Shown piece after piece: positions 36,650-47,176 of a stretch of DNA of 59,889 bases. The position numbers were made by a program, and so were the translations under genes. The notes beneath the pieces were generated by a model. It worked only from the letters and a program-made list of their open reading frames with translations, made no database searches and was not told the DNA's origin. The DNA comes from a virus. Lineage: Duplodnaviria > Caudoviricetes. The stretch's first letter is position 1. The number at the start of each line of letters is the position of its first letter. The DNA lies in the IMG/VR virus record IMGVR_UViG_3300010371_000040, positions 1-59,889 of that record. One strand, given 5' to 3'.

Positions 36650-37725
36650 GCCACCAGCCGTTCATCTGTCTTTCGCTTCCAAGGTCGCGCAGTCATTGGC
36701 TCGCGCGCTTTTTGTCGTATCGCGACGTCGCGTGCGGCCACGAGGAAGCGCGCCACATCCGGGGCGTGGACGATGTGCGGTCTCTGCTGTCGCTCCCGTA
36801 CGCCGGGTCCTGCGAGACAGCGGCCGCCCCGTTCTGGCGGCTGATCGTCCAGATGCGTCCCGATATCCGGATTGTGACCGTGCGCAGGCCGGTTTCCGAG
36901 GTCGTACGGAGCCTGATCCGCCTCAATATCCCGTTCGATGAGGCAAAGCTGACGAAGAACATCACGGCGCTCGACCGCAAGCTCGACCAGATCGAGGCCC
37001 GCGTCCCCGGAGTGCTGTCCGTCAACTACACCGATCTTTCGGGCGAGGAAGGGTGTCGGCGCGTTTGGGAGCACTGCCTGCCGTATGCATGGGACCAACA
37101 CCGATGGTTCCTGATGAGCGGGCAGAATATGCAGATCGATATGCACGCGCTCATGCGCTACCGGATTGCGTTCGGCGACCAGATGTCCCGCGCCGCGGCG
37201 TTGTGCGCCCGCGAAATCCGCTCGACCATCCTGCGCAACCGACAGCCGCGCGAACTCGACGGCATCACCTTCCAGGAAGAGACGTTCGACCAGTGGTGGG
37301 AAGGCGGGCAAAAGCTGTTCGCCGAGCACTGTCTCGACGTCGGCGAGACGCATGACGCCTACCTGCGCAAGAATGTGCCGCTGATGAAGCGCCTAGCCGA
37401 ACTCGGCGCGGTGCAGTTCATGACGGCGCGGTGCAACGGTCGCATGTTCGGCTATCTTGTGACGGTCATCGGCCCCTCGCTTGAGGACGAAAATCTTAAC
37501 ATCGGGACTCAGACGACGTTTTACGGCTCCCGCGATGTTCCGGGCCTGGGTCTGAGGCTGCAAAGGGCCTCGCTGGACGCGCTCAAGCGCCGCGGGGGCA
37601 CCTGGGACATCATCCCGCGCGCTGGCGTCCGGGGTAGCGGGCAGCGCATGGAAGCGCTTTACCGGCGGCTCGGAGCGGAGGATAACGGACGTCTGTTCCG
37701 CATCAGGCTGGAGGAGGCCGCGTAA
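36646..37725 (+). CDS. sulfotransferase-like P-loop domain fused to GNAT-like domain
   Basis: LSLPRSRSHWL..HE..RRPVSEVVRS; C-terminal MFGYLV...PGLGLRL...LYRRLG. Confidence 0.6.
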   Translation: MSHQPFICLSLPRSRSHWLARFLSYRDVACGHEEARHIRGVDDVRSLLSLPYAGSCETAAAPFWRLIVQMRPDIRIVTVRRPVSEVVRSLIRLNIPFDEAKLTKNITALDRKLDQIEARVPGVLSVNYTDLSGEEGCRRVWEHCLPYAWDQHRWFLMSGQNMQIDMHALMRYRIAFGDQMSRAAALCAREIRSTILRNRQPRELDGITFQEETFDQWWEGGQKLFAEHCLDVGETHDAYLRKNVPLMKRLAELGAVQFMTARCNGRMFGYLVTVIGPSLEDENLNIGTQTTFYGSRDVPGLGLRLQRASLDALKRRGGTWDIIPRAGVRGSGQRMEALYRRLGAEDNGRLFRIRLEEAA

Positions 37726-37726
37726 C

Positions 37727-38887
37727 ATGGGACTTGGAGCAGCGGCGGGTGGACTTCTGGCATCGCTCGGCGTGGGCGAGGCGACGGCAGGCATTCTCGG
37801 CCCGGTCCTGGCAGACGCGGCTATCGGGACGGTGGGATCGGCCATTACCGGCGGAGACCCGCTGACCGGCGCGCTGATTGGTGGCGCAGCCGGCGGCATC
37901 GGCGACCTCTTTGGCGGCGCTGGCGGCATTGGTGGCCTGTTCGGAAGCGGGGCGGATGCGGCGACGCCAGGGCTGGCATCAGCGGGAAGTGCAGCAGCCC
38001 CGGCTTCCGAAATCGCCTCACCTGTGACAGGAGCGATACCGGCCGCAGGCGCGGCCGGGGCTGGCGGAGATATCAGCAGTATCGCGGGTTCGACCGGTGC
38101 GACGACAATAGGCGCCGGAGCCCCGAGCATCGCCCCGGCGGCGCTGGACCTGTCCACGGCCACGCCCGGCGCTGTGTCGGTCGGCGGTGCCGGTCTCAGT
38201 CCCGCGTCCATCACCGGAACCAGCCTTGCCGCGCCCGGCGCTGCGGGAGGAGCGGGCGCCATCGGTGGGGGCGGTGCGGGAGGCTTCGTCCCATCGGCGG
38301 CTCCTGCGCTCGATACCACCGGCATCTCGCCCGACATTCTGGCCGGTAATGCGCCGAGCCTGACCCAGCCGACAGACACCCTGGCCGGCGGCGGTTCGTT
38401 CGGCAGCAGGGCGCTCAACTACGTCAGCAACCATCCCGGCTTGGCGCTGGGCGGTCTCGGCCTCGGCGCGTCGCTGCTCATGAATTCGTCGGTCCCCGGC
38501 CTGGACTCGCTCCAGACTGAGGCGGGCCTGCTCGCGCAGAAGGGCAATTCTGCGGCCGGTGCGCTGCAGTCCGGCCAGTTGCCGCAGGGCGCGCAAGCCT
38601 CTCTAGATCAGGCCACCGAAGCGGCCAAGGCCACCATGCGCAGCCGGTTCGCCGGTCTCGGCCTGTCCGGCTCGACGCAGGAGGCTGAAGCGCTGTCCGG
38701 CATCGACCAGCAGGCGGCATCGCAGAAGTACCAGATGCTGCTGCAACTGACGCAGACCGGCCTCGGCGAACTCGGACAGGCCGACAGCCTCTACGGCACG
38801 ATCCTGAATGCCGAGGTCGCGCAGGACGCTAACGCATCGAACGCGATCAGCCGGTTCGCGGGAGCACTGGCTGGCGGGGCCGGATAA
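37727..38887 (+). CDS. internal virion/ejection protein
   Basis: Gly/Ala-rich, podovirus position. Confidence 0.65.
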   Translation: MGLGAAAGGLLASLGVGEATAGILGPVLADAAIGTVGSAITGGDPLTGALIGGAAGGIGDLFGGAGGIGGLFGSGADAATPGLASAGSAAAPASEIASPVTGAIPAAGAAGAGGDISSIAGSTGATTIGAGAPSIAPAALDLSTATPGAVSVGGAGLSPASITGTSLAAPGAAGGAGAIGGGGAGGFVPSAAPALDTTGISPDILAGNAPSLTQPTDTLAGGGSFGSRALNYVSNHPGLALGGLGLGASLLMNSSVPGLDSLQTEAGLLAQKGNSAAGALQSGQLPQGAQASLDQATEAAKATMRSRFAGLGLSGSTQEAEALSGIDQQAASQKYQMLLQLTQTGLGELGQADSLYGTILNAEVAQDANASNAISRFAGALAGGAG

Positions 38888-40617
38888 TGGCTGATCCGAC
38901 GATTGATCCGAACGCGACGGTGACAGGCGCGCCGCCAGCCGATACAGCGACTACACCGGCAACCGCAGCTACGCCGCCGCAAAATACCCCGCAACCGCCG
39001 TCAACTTCTTCTCGACCGGCTGCAACCGCCGTTGCGCCGCGAACCGGCGGCGGCATGGCGGGCACCGTTGCGGCGATACGGCAAGGTTATGCCGACCAGG
39101 CGAGCCATCTGGACGACCAAGCGAAGGCGATGATCGCGCAGATCGGCAAGCAGGGCGATCAGCTCGGTGAGGCGATGAAGCGCGTCCGCGATGCGCAGGA
39201 CAAGGCCGACGAGGCGCAGACCGCCGCGACGAAGGCGCTCGCCGCACCGCCGAAGCACCCGGAGCAGGATTCGCTAAAGAAGATGGGCGGTCTGGCGACC
39301 GTCGTCGGCATCCTGGGCGGCCTGTTCACGCGCGCGCCCATGACGGCGAGCCTCAATGCCGCCGCCTCGGCGATAGAAGCCTATAACAAGGGCGACGAGA
39401 AGAACTACGAACTCGCCTACAAGCAGTGGCAGACGCAGACCGACATGATGTTCAAGGTTGCCGAGATGCAGAGCAACCGCGTCAAAGAGATCATGTCGAA
39501 CGAGGAAATGGGCCTCAACGAGCGCAAGACGATGCTCGACCTGACCCTGCGCGCGGCCGGCCTGTCGCAACTCGCCGACGCGGCTCGCATCAACGGCGAA
39601 AGTGTCGTGCTCGACTGGCAGGAGAAGATGCAGTCGGCGGCGCAGCAGTTCAAAATCCACGAAGACACGGTAAAGATGCACCATGAGGACCGCCTCGATG
39701 CGCTGCGTGCCCGCGAGGACGCTAAATGGACGCTGATGACTGGCGTGGGTGACGATGGGAAGCCGCAGCAGTTCTGGGTGAACCCGTCCGAGCGTAAAAT
39801 CGAGGACATGAACCGTCAGCCTGTCAATTACACGCCGACGAACCTGACAAAGGCCGCATCTGGTGCCGCGATCAGCGATGATGCAGCGGATTTCATCGCC
39901 GATGGTCTGTTGGCCGGCAATCGGCAGGCTGCGACTGGTCTGGCTCGCAACGCCGCCAACATGGCGAAGGTCGATGAGGCGCTGACTCGCAAGGCGAAGG
40001 AAAAGGGCGTCAGCGGTGCTGATCTGGCGGCGATACAGGCCGAATTCCAGGGCAACACTGCTGGCGAACGCGCTGTCGGCACGCGCACGGCTAACATGGA
40101 GATCGCAGCGAACGAGGTCAAAAATATGGCTCCGCTCGCGCTCATGGCGTCGGAGAAAGTAGATCGGACGCAGTACCCGACCCTCAACTCCGTTATTCTG
40201 GCGGCCGAGAAGGGCTCGGGCGACGAAGATGTCGTGCGGTTCGGCTTGGCTGCGAACTCTCTGATCTACATGTACGCCAAGTTCCTGAACCCAAACGGCA
40301 TCCCTACCGACGCCGACAAGGCAAAAGCCGCCGACATCCTGTCTACTGCGTGGGCTAAAGGACAGTTCCGGTCCGCAGTCGATCAAATCCAGCAGGAGAT
40401 AAAAGTCGGCAAAGAGGGGTTGAGCGAAACAAAAACCGAGCTGCGGGACTCTATGTCTGGTCGCGGCTCTACGAGTTCTCAGCCGACGCAGACTCCCGGT
40501 GCCCATCCCCCTATTCCCGCAGGTGTCCCGATGGACAAAAGCCCGCAGTGGAGCCCGAGCACCGGAAAGTTCTGGTGGAAGGACGATAGCGGTGCCTGGC
40601 AGTCGAAGGCTCCGTGA
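38887..40617 (+). CDS. internal virion/ejection protein
   Basis: Ala/Gln-rich helical, 576 aa. Confidence 0.65.
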   Translation: MADPTIDPNATVTGAPPADTATTPATAATPPQNTPQPPSTSSRPAATAVAPRTGGGMAGTVAAIRQGYADQASHLDDQAKAMIAQIGKQGDQLGEAMKRVRDAQDKADEAQTAATKALAAPPKHPEQDSLKKMGGLATVVGILGGLFTRAPMTASLNAAASAIEAYNKGDEKNYELAYKQWQTQTDMMFKVAEMQSNRVKEIMSNEEMGLNERKTMLDLTLRAAGLSQLADAARINGESVVLDWQEKMQSAAQQFKIHEDTVKMHHEDRLDALRAREDAKWTLMTGVGDDGKPQQFWVNPSERKIEDMNRQPVNYTPTNLTKAASGAAISDDAADFIADGLLAGNRQAATGLARNAANMAKVDEALTRKAKEKGVSGADLAAIQAEFQGNTAGERAVGTRTANMEIAANEVKNMAPLALMASEKVDRTQYPTLNSVILAAEKGSGDEDVVRFGLAANSLIYMYAKFLNPNGIPTDADKAKAADILSTAWAKGQFRSAVDQIQQEIKVGKEGLSETKTELRDSMSGRGSTSSQPTQTPGAHPPIPAGVPMDKSPQWSPSTGKFWWKDDSGAWQSKAP

Positions 40618-42500
40618 TGGCAGATCAGCCGCCCAATGACCTCGTGCCGGTGAACGCTGGTGCCGGCGGACCTCCGTCCGATCTGGTACCAGTGTCTAAG
40701 TCCCCCGCAGCGCCGCCGTCCGCGCCGCAGAGTAAATTCGGGTCGCTCGGCCAATTCTTGTCCGGAACACCGTCGTCGCCCGGTAAGGACCCGACCGTCC
40801 AGGCGTCGAACGACCCGGAGAAGACCTACTATGACGTTCTGCCGCTCGCGCAGAGCAAGAAGACCGGGCAGTTGGAACTCGCCTATCCGAAATGGGCTCG
40901 CGCGCCGCAGCAGAGCGCCGATGTGCTTCAGCAGGCAGCGGAGGGCAAGCGCCAACTGACGCCCGGCCAGATCGGTCTCGCTGGAATGGATGTGGCCGGG
41001 TTGTCACCGACATCGACCGTCCGAGACATGGTTTCCGGACTTGCTCGTGAGGCGCCGACCACGCTGAAGATGGCGAAGGATTTCGACACATCGATAAGTA
41101 AGGAGACGATTGCCGCCCTCAAGCGCGCCGCCGCTGGCGATCCCGACCGAGCCGCTGCGAAGCTGACCAACAAGGCAATCGAGAAGATCAACAAGCGCGC
41201 TGCCGCAGACGAGGTGACGGCGCAGAGCGTGATGGACGCGCAGGCTGTCGCAAATGCTGCCGGCAATAAGACCACGCTGCTCGACATGGGCAAGAACCTC
41301 CAGGGTCTCGGCGGATCGCTCTATCGCACGCCGGGAAGGGCGAGCGCCGACCTTCGCAAGTTCCTAGACGCCCGCGTAGAGGCTCAAAAAGGCCAGCTGA
41401 CCGGCGGGATTGAAGAACTCGCTAAGGGTTCGTCGTACGACACCATCAACAGGTTTTACGCGGAGAGGTCCACCGCCGCGCGACCGCTCTACAAGGAGGC
41501 CGAGAGCGTCGCGCCGATCTATTCCGACCGGCTGAAGGAGTTCATGGGCGACCGCGAGTTCCGGGCGGCAATGTCGCGCGGCGCGCGGAATGAAATCCGC
41601 GAGGCGATTGCCGAAGGTCGCCCCGTCCACAACGAGGACTACGCCATTGTCGGCTGGAATGAAGCCGGTGACCCGGTTATCGGCCCAACGCCGACTATGA
41701 AGACCCTCATGCTCGCCAAAGAGGGCATGGATGCGCGCATAGCGGAGATGGTAGACCCGGCCACGGGGCGCATTACCAAGGACGGCTTGGCCCTGAAGAA
41801 GTTCAAGGACGCCTATTTGAACGAACTCGACAAACTCAACCCGAAGTACAAGGCGGCCCGGGAGGCATGGGCAGGCCCGACCGAAAGCGCACAGGCCGTG
41901 GACGCCGGTCGGAAACACTTCAGCCGCGGCGAGACCGACCCGCAGGTGCGGGCCGAGTTCGATGAATTGTCCGACGCCAACAAGGACTTCTATCGCCTTG
42001 GCGCGGCAGAGGCGAAGCTCGACCAGATGCGTGCCGGTCCCAAAGCTGGCGATCGGTCAAAGCGCATCGTCAATTCGGACAAGGACGAAGACCGCTGGCG
42101 CATGATGTTCGATGACAAGGACAGCGCCGACCGGTTCATCAATTCCGTCGAGGCACAGAGGCAGGCATTCGAGACGCGTACGAAGATCGCGGGCGGATCG
42201 CAGAGCCTTGAGCGCGCCGCCGAGGACCAGTCACAGGGAATGGATGATTTCCTCAAGGTCATAGACGTTGCCGGAAAGGCCACCACTAACCCGCTTATGG
42301 CGGCGATCAAGGCTTATCAGATGAAGCGTGATCTCGGCCTCCGCAACAACCCTGCGCTGAATCAGGAATTGGTCCGCATCTTGACCGACCCTAACCTCCG
42401 TACGGGACCGGGGCCGAACCTGTTGAGCAAGGTCGCAGTGCCGCCCCGCCAAAGCTATCTTCCCGACGTCTTAGGCACCAAGCCGGGCGCTCCCCAATAG
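40614..42500 (+). CDS. internal virion/ejection protein
   Basis: Helical, 628 aa; LNPKYKAAREAWAG motif. Confidence 0.65.
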   Translation: MMADQPPNDLVPVNAGAGGPPSDLVPVSKSPAAPPSAPQSKFGSLGQFLSGTPSSPGKDPTVQASNDPEKTYYDVLPLAQSKKTGQLELAYPKWARAPQQSADVLQQAAEGKRQLTPGQIGLAGMDVAGLSPTSTVRDMVSGLAREAPTTLKMAKDFDTSISKETIAALKRAAAGDPDRAAAKLTNKAIEKINKRAAADEVTAQSVMDAQAVANAAGNKTTLLDMGKNLQGLGGSLYRTPGRASADLRKFLDARVEAQKGQLTGGIEELAKGSSYDTINRFYAERSTAARPLYKEAESVAPIYSDRLKEFMGDREFRAAMSRGARNEIREAIAEGRPVHNEDYAIVGWNEAGDPVIGPTPTMKTLMLAKEGMDARIAEMVDPATGRITKDGLALKKFKDAYLNELDKLNPKYKAAREAWAGPTESAQAVDAGRKHFSRGETDPQVRAEFDELSDANKDFYRLGAAEAKLDQMRAGPKAGDRSKRIVNSDKDEDRWRMMFDDKDSADRFINSVEAQRQAFETRTKIAGGSQSLERAAEDQSQGMDDFLKVIDVAGKATTNPLMAAIKAYQMKRDLGLRNNPALNQELVRILTDPNLRTGPGPNLLSKVAVPPRQSYLPDVLGTKPGAPQ

Positions 42501-42625
42501 CCGATTAGAACACTACCCGCTGACCGGCATTTTCCTGTGTTTCGCAGAGTTTAGCCGCTTCTCGGACACATTTCCGCTCTTTCCTCATGTTGTTGCGTTG
42601 GCCGGTGTCGCGATAATCCCGGTCC

Positions 42626-42877
42626 ATGGCTGAAATCCGCATGCCCAACGATGACTTGCGCGCGAAGCTGGATCGGCTCGCCGAAAAGATCGTCGATGGC
42701 GTCATGGAGGACCAGGAAGCGACACGGCGTGAGATGACCGAGGCGCTGAAGACCGCCAGCCAGTGGTGGAGTTCGTCACGCAAGGGCGAGCCGGCGACCG
42801 ACGAGCCTGGGTCCGCCTGGAAGCAATACCAGAAAAACATGAACGGAGGCACCAATGGGAAGACCCACTCGGCTTAA
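42626..42877 (+). CDS. hypothetical protein
   Basis: ORF after a short intergenic gap. Confidence 0.6.
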   Translation: MAEIRMPNDDLRAKLDRLAEKIVDGVMEDQEATRREMTEALKTASQWWSSSRKGEPATDEPGSAWKQYQKNMNGGTNGKTHSA

Positions 42878-43505
42878 GGTGCTCGGCGACCGCCCGGTGC
42901 CGATCGATCATGGCGGCGAACCGGACCTGCGCAAGGTGATCGAGGCGTTCCCGGCGGCTGCCGGTGCGGGCCCCGAGATGTCACTTGAACGGCAGATCGA
43001 GACGCCGCCGGAGCTCGACCCCACGGCCGCGGCGATTATGGAAATGCTCCGCAAGTCGCACGACCGGATCGAGGGGAGCGTTCAGCAGGCTCGCCAGGAA
43101 GCCGCGCAGGCCACGCATGCAGCGACCGAGGCGCTCACCCGCACCGCAGGAATGGCCGACATGCTCACCGCCCTGCCGGAGCGCGTCGAGGCTGCGGAAC
43201 AACAGGTGACCTACGTCGCCGAGCGGGCCATTGCCGCCATCGCACAGAGCGACCAGCAGAACAAGACGCTCGCTGCGGCAAAGGCCGCAACCACCATCGT
43301 CGCGGCGCAGAAGATCGGGGAGCGCATCGGTGCGTCTCTGGCCGCTGCGCTCGACCGCCTGCCCGGCCTCGTCATGCTCGGCGCCACCATCGTGCTGTTC
43401 CGCGACGTGCTGCCAGAGCCGAGCACGATGAAGCTTGCTGCCTTGGCGCTGTTCGGTGCCTGCGGCGTTGCGCCGGCCGTGTGGCTGTCCTCGCGGAGGA
43501 AGTGA
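42855..43505 (+). CDS. coiled-coil protein with two C-terminal hydrophobic helices
   Basis: GGAGG RBS; hydrophobic C-terminus. Confidence 0.6.
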   Translation: MGRPTRLKVLGDRPVPIDHGGEPDLRKVIEAFPAAAGAGPEMSLERQIETPPELDPTAAAIMEMLRKSHDRIEGSVQQARQEAAQATHAATEALTRTAGMADMLTALPERVEAAEQQVTYVAERAIAAIAQSDQQNKTLAAAKAATTIVAAQKIGERIGASLAAALDRLPGLVMLGATIVLFRDVLPEPSTMKLAALALFGACGVAPAVWLSSRRK

Positions 43506-43696
43506 TGCCGACCAGGAAGCCGACAACCAAGGCCGGGAGGGCATCGAAGGTCCACAAGGTGATGTCCGAGTTCAAGCACGGCGCGTTGCATAGCGGGTCG
43601 AAGTCCGGCCCGCCCGTGAGCAGCCGCAAGCAGGCGGTCGCCATCGCGCTCAGTGAGGCCGGGAAATCGCGCAAAGGCAAAAGGAGCAAGCGGTGA
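43505..43696 (+). CDS. DUF6496-like basic protein
   Basis: KVHKVMSEFKHGALHSG...SRKQAVAIALSEA. Confidence 0.75.
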   Translation: MPTRKPTTKAGRASKVHKVMSEFKHGALHSGSKSGPPVSSRKQAVAIALSEAGKSRKGKRSKR

Positions 43697-45612
43697 AGCT
43701 TCTGAAGCGGCTCGGCTTGGCGGTCGGCCTCACGCTCCTGCCGATCGCCGCATTCGCGCAAACCGGCAATTGTCCAGCCGGCAGCCAGCAAGCTCGCCTC
43801 ATCACCGGCACCAGCTACACGGTCGGCCAGACCGACGACTGCCAGCTCCTGGTGTTCAGCAGCGGAAGCTCGATCACCGTTAATCTCCCCGCGCCGGGCA
43901 CTGCGGGCGGCTTTCGGCCTGGGTATTTCACGGTCCAGGTCCAGACCATCGGCGCGGGCACCGCGACGGTAACGCCGCTCGCGCCGTCCGTGCCCTTTGG
44001 TTCGCCCGCGCCAACAATCAACGGCACCGCCACCCTGGCGCTGACAAGCGGCAATGGCGCGCTGATCTCGGTCGGCACAAATTCCAACTGGTATGCGATT
44101 GTGGGCGGCGGCGGTGCCGCATTCAACCCGGCCTCGCCTCCCCCGATAGGGAATGTTACGCCGAACACGGGCAAGTTCACGAACCTGACCGTCACCGGAA
44201 CCTGCACGGGCTGCCTCACCGTCGACCCGACGCAAGCCTATACTTGGACCGCGCTGCAAACTTTTTCCGGCGGTATGTCGAATATAACGCCAGCGACGAA
44301 TGTCGTTGGCAATATCTTCTTCCAGCAGAGCACGACGAATGCGCCAACCACGGCGGATTCCCTATTCCGGCCTATCTACTGGTCGGATATCCTGAATACG
44401 CCGAGTTCCGGGTCATCGGGCGGCATCCATGAGCATTTTTTCGTTGAAACCGACACGAACTTCAACGGCACGTTTACGCAGTCTGGCGAATACAATGGGA
44501 TGCACGTCTTCGCCAAGGACATCAACGTCAGTTGCGCGAACAGCACGAGTTGCGTGAGGTCAGGACGCCTGGGCGGATACGAGTTCAGCGGCACCAATGA
44601 TATCGACAATACCGGTTCGCTGACGCCGTTCTACGACGTGTTTGTGAACAATGCCAGCGGGTCTATCACTCTCTATCAGGCTTTCTCTTCTGGCCCGGTG
44701 AACAACGGCACAATCGGCACGTATGCCTTTCTGGAATATGACGGGATTACTGGAAACCAACCGACAGTTGCCAATTACTCTTTCCTGTCCAAGTCCACAT
44801 CCGCGATCTTTGACCACGCAGGTCCGATGGTTGTTGGCGTTGTGGGAACCACTTCGGGCGGCTCACAACTCTTTATTAAGGGTGTAGGGACCGGCTCGGG
44901 CAGCGACCTGCTGGTCAAAGATTCAACGAATGCGATCAAGTTCAACCTGACCGATAATGGCAATCTGACGCTCACTGGCGAAGTATCTGGCGCGTCGAAT
45001 ATCCGCGCCATTCCCATCGGCCTCGGTGCGGCGTCAACCGGCGCGTTTACGACCCTCACTGCCAATGGCACGGTCAACCTCAATGCCAGTAACAACGCAG
45101 CGACGAATATCGGTACGGGCACGACGACCAGCGCCGTCACTATCGGCGGCGCGAGCAACACGACAATCGTCGCGAGCGTTTTGCTCAACACCGGCATCAC
45201 CGCTGACACCGGCCATACCGATGCGACCGTTTGCGAAGACACGACAACCCATCAGTTTTATTCGGGCACCGGCACGCTCGGGGTGTGCCTCGGCACATCG
45301 AGCATCCGGTTCAAGCACGACTGGCGCGAACTGTCCGGCCTCGGTCTAACGCAAATCCAGGCGCTGAAGCCCGGCACGTTCTTCTACAAGAAGGGCTATG
45401 GCGACAGCGGCGCGCACCAGCAAATCGGTTTCCTCGCCGAAGACGTGGACAAGGTTATTCCGAAGCTGGTGGGCCGCGATTCTCAGGGAAAGCCGTCGTC
45501 CGTGGACATTCTCGGGATGGTCCCTGTGATGGTGAAGGCTATGCAGCAGCAGCAGGCGGAAATCGCAGAACTCAAGGAAGAGGTCGCGCTGCTTCGCAGG
45601 CACCGCCACTGA
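43693..45612 (+). CDS. tail fibre with C-terminal S74 intramolecular chaperone
   Basis: TSSIRFKHD...LKPGTFFY...GFLAEDV..P.LV...VKAMQ..Q..I.EL; N-terminal signal-like sequence. Confidence 0.85.
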   Translation: MKLLKRLGLAVGLTLLPIAAFAQTGNCPAGSQQARLITGTSYTVGQTDDCQLLVFSSGSSITVNLPAPGTAGGFRPGYFTVQVQTIGAGTATVTPLAPSVPFGSPAPTINGTATLALTSGNGALISVGTNSNWYAIVGGGGAAFNPASPPPIGNVTPNTGKFTNLTVTGTCTGCLTVDPTQAYTWTALQTFSGGMSNITPATNVVGNIFFQQSTTNAPTTADSLFRPIYWSDILNTPSSGSSGGIHEHFFVETDTNFNGTFTQSGEYNGMHVFAKDINVSCANSTSCVRSGRLGGYEFSGTNDIDNTGSLTPFYDVFVNNASGSITLYQAFSSGPVNNGTIGTYAFLEYDGITGNQPTVANYSFLSKSTSAIFDHAGPMVVGVVGTTSGGSQLFIKGVGTGSGSDLLVKDSTNAIKFNLTDNGNLTLTGEVSGASNIRAIPIGLGAASTGAFTTLTANGTVNLNASNNAATNIGTGTTTSAVTIGGASNTTIVASVLLNTGITADTGHTDATVCEDTTTHQFYSGTGTLGVCLGTSSIRFKHDWRELSGLGLTQIQALKPGTFFYKKGYGDSGAHQQIGFLAEDVDKVIPKLVGRDSQGKPSSVDILGMVPVMVKAMQQQQAEIAELKEEVALLRRHRH

Positions 45613-45630
45613 AACATGGAGTGCGTGAAC

Positions 45631-46692
45631 ATGAAATTCCTCGGTCGCTTGGCGCTGGCAATCGCGCTGCTCGCCTCCCCGGTCGCCTTCGCACAGAATA
45701 GCGCGACCTGCCCGGCCTACACGCTCGGCGCCGCATCGACCCCGATCACGGCCACGACGTACACCATCGGACAGACGGACCAGTGTCTGCTGAAGGTGTT
45801 CAACAGCGGTTCCGCCGTGACGGTGAAGCTGCCGCCGTCCGGTACCGCCGGCGGATTCTACCCGGCCTTCCCGGTCAGCGTGTGGAACATGGGCGCGGGC
45901 ACGGTCACCCTGACCCCGCAGGCCAATATCGCCGGCACTACACCGACCATCAACGGGCAGAGCACGCTCGCGCTGACGCAAGGCCGCGGCGCCCAACTGT
46001 CGATCGGTAGCGACGGCAATTGGTACGCGAACACGAGTTCGACCGCGGGCGGCGGCGCGACCTTCGGCACGATAACATTCGGATCTGGCTCGACCGTCGG
46101 CGGCACGCTATCGGGCGGCGCGAGCGCGGCGACCATTGCCTCGACCGGCGGCCCGCTCATCGTCGATGCACCATCGACCAACGGCGTCTATGTCGGCGGA
46201 TCGACAACGGCTAACTCCGGCCTCCAAGTCGCGCCCGGCACCGGAACCATCGTCAACCAGGTCGTCCTCACCCCGGCGGCCACCGGCACCGCGCCGAGCG
46301 TAGCGGCCGGTGGCCCGAGCGCGGATGCCAACGCCAATCTGAGCGTGGCGGGCACGGGCACGGGCATCGTGCTGCTGGGGCAGACTATCTGCACCGTGAC
46401 CGGCGCGACGCCGCAGACCTGCAACGGCCAGCGCGGCATCGTCACGACCGGCACGCTCACCACGGCCACGAGCACGGCATCGACGTACCAGATCAACAAT
46501 TCGTCGGTCACCACGTCCTCGATGGTCCAATGCACGCTTCAGGCATATTCCGGCACCTACTTCACCAACGGCATCCCCGTGATCCTGGACTGTAAGCCGG
46601 GCTCTGGGTCGATCACGGTCGATTTCGCCAACATCAACGGGACCAACGCGCTGAACGGCACGCTTGCAATCGGCTTCGCGGTCCTGAACTGA
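45631..46692 (+). CDS. fibre-like protein, N-terminal paralog of the preceding gene
   Basis: Shared TY TIGQTD.C...GTAGGF...PTING..TLALT.G...NWYA domain. Confidence 0.75.
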   Translation: MKFLGRLALAIALLASPVAFAQNSATCPAYTLGAASTPITATTYTIGQTDQCLLKVFNSGSAVTVKLPPSGTAGGFYPAFPVSVWNMGAGTVTLTPQANIAGTTPTINGQSTLALTQGRGAQLSIGSDGNWYANTSSTAGGGATFGTITFGSGSTVGGTLSGGASAATIASTGGPLIVDAPSTNGVYVGGSTTANSGLQVAPGTGTIVNQVVLTPAATGTAPSVAAGGPSADANANLSVAGTGTGIVLLGQTICTVTGATPQTCNGQRGIVTTGTLTTATSTASTYQINNSSVTTSSMVQCTLQAYSGTYFTNGIPVILDCKPGSGSITVDFANINGTNALNGTLAIGFAVLN

Positions 46693-46705
46693 ACGTGAGG
46701 TCGAG

Positions 46706-47176
46706 ATGCGCAAAAATAGGGTTTCCGCCAGTGTACTGATCGCCGTCGCGCTTCATCTTTCGCCCGCACTCGGACAGCAGCAACGGCAACCTCCATCACT
46801 GCCTACGCAGACCGCAGTCACGATTTCGATCCCGCTCGTCGGCGTTCCATCGTCGTTGGCGGGCAGCGGCTCCTGGACGTCACAGTGCATCCAGATGAGT
46901 TATTACCGCGCCTACACGCTGTTCGTCGGGCTTGCCGCAGCAGGCACGATCCAGTCGCAGCGTTACGCCGACGCCGCCTGTACGCTCCCTATCGATGCCG
47001 TGCCGTCCAGCGCGCAGGCGCTGACGATGGGGGCATCTTGTCCATCGGCGGGCTATTGCGGCGCGTTCTCATCCAATGACGGACACCCTTTTGTCGCGCT
47101 CAAGGTAACGCTGACCGACACATCCACCTCGACCAACGCAATCGTCAGCACGGCATTCCTTCCCGGAGCCGAGTGA
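46706..47176 (+). CDS. hypothetical protein with signal-like N-terminus
   Basis: Basic plus hydrophobic N-terminus; four Cys. Confidence 0.6.
   Translation: MRKNRVSASVLIAVALHLSPALGQQQRQPPSLPTQTAVTISIPLVGVPSSLAGSGSWTSQCIQMSYYRAYTLFVGLAAAGTIQSQRYADAACTLPIDAVPSSAQALTMGASCPSAGYCGAFSSNDGHPFVALKVTLTDTSTSTNAIVSTAFLPGAE

Noticed and set aside
43693-46020. Diversity-generating retroelement TR/VR pair
   Set aside because: Similarity is protein-level paralogy, not adenine-specific, and no reverse transcriptase is present
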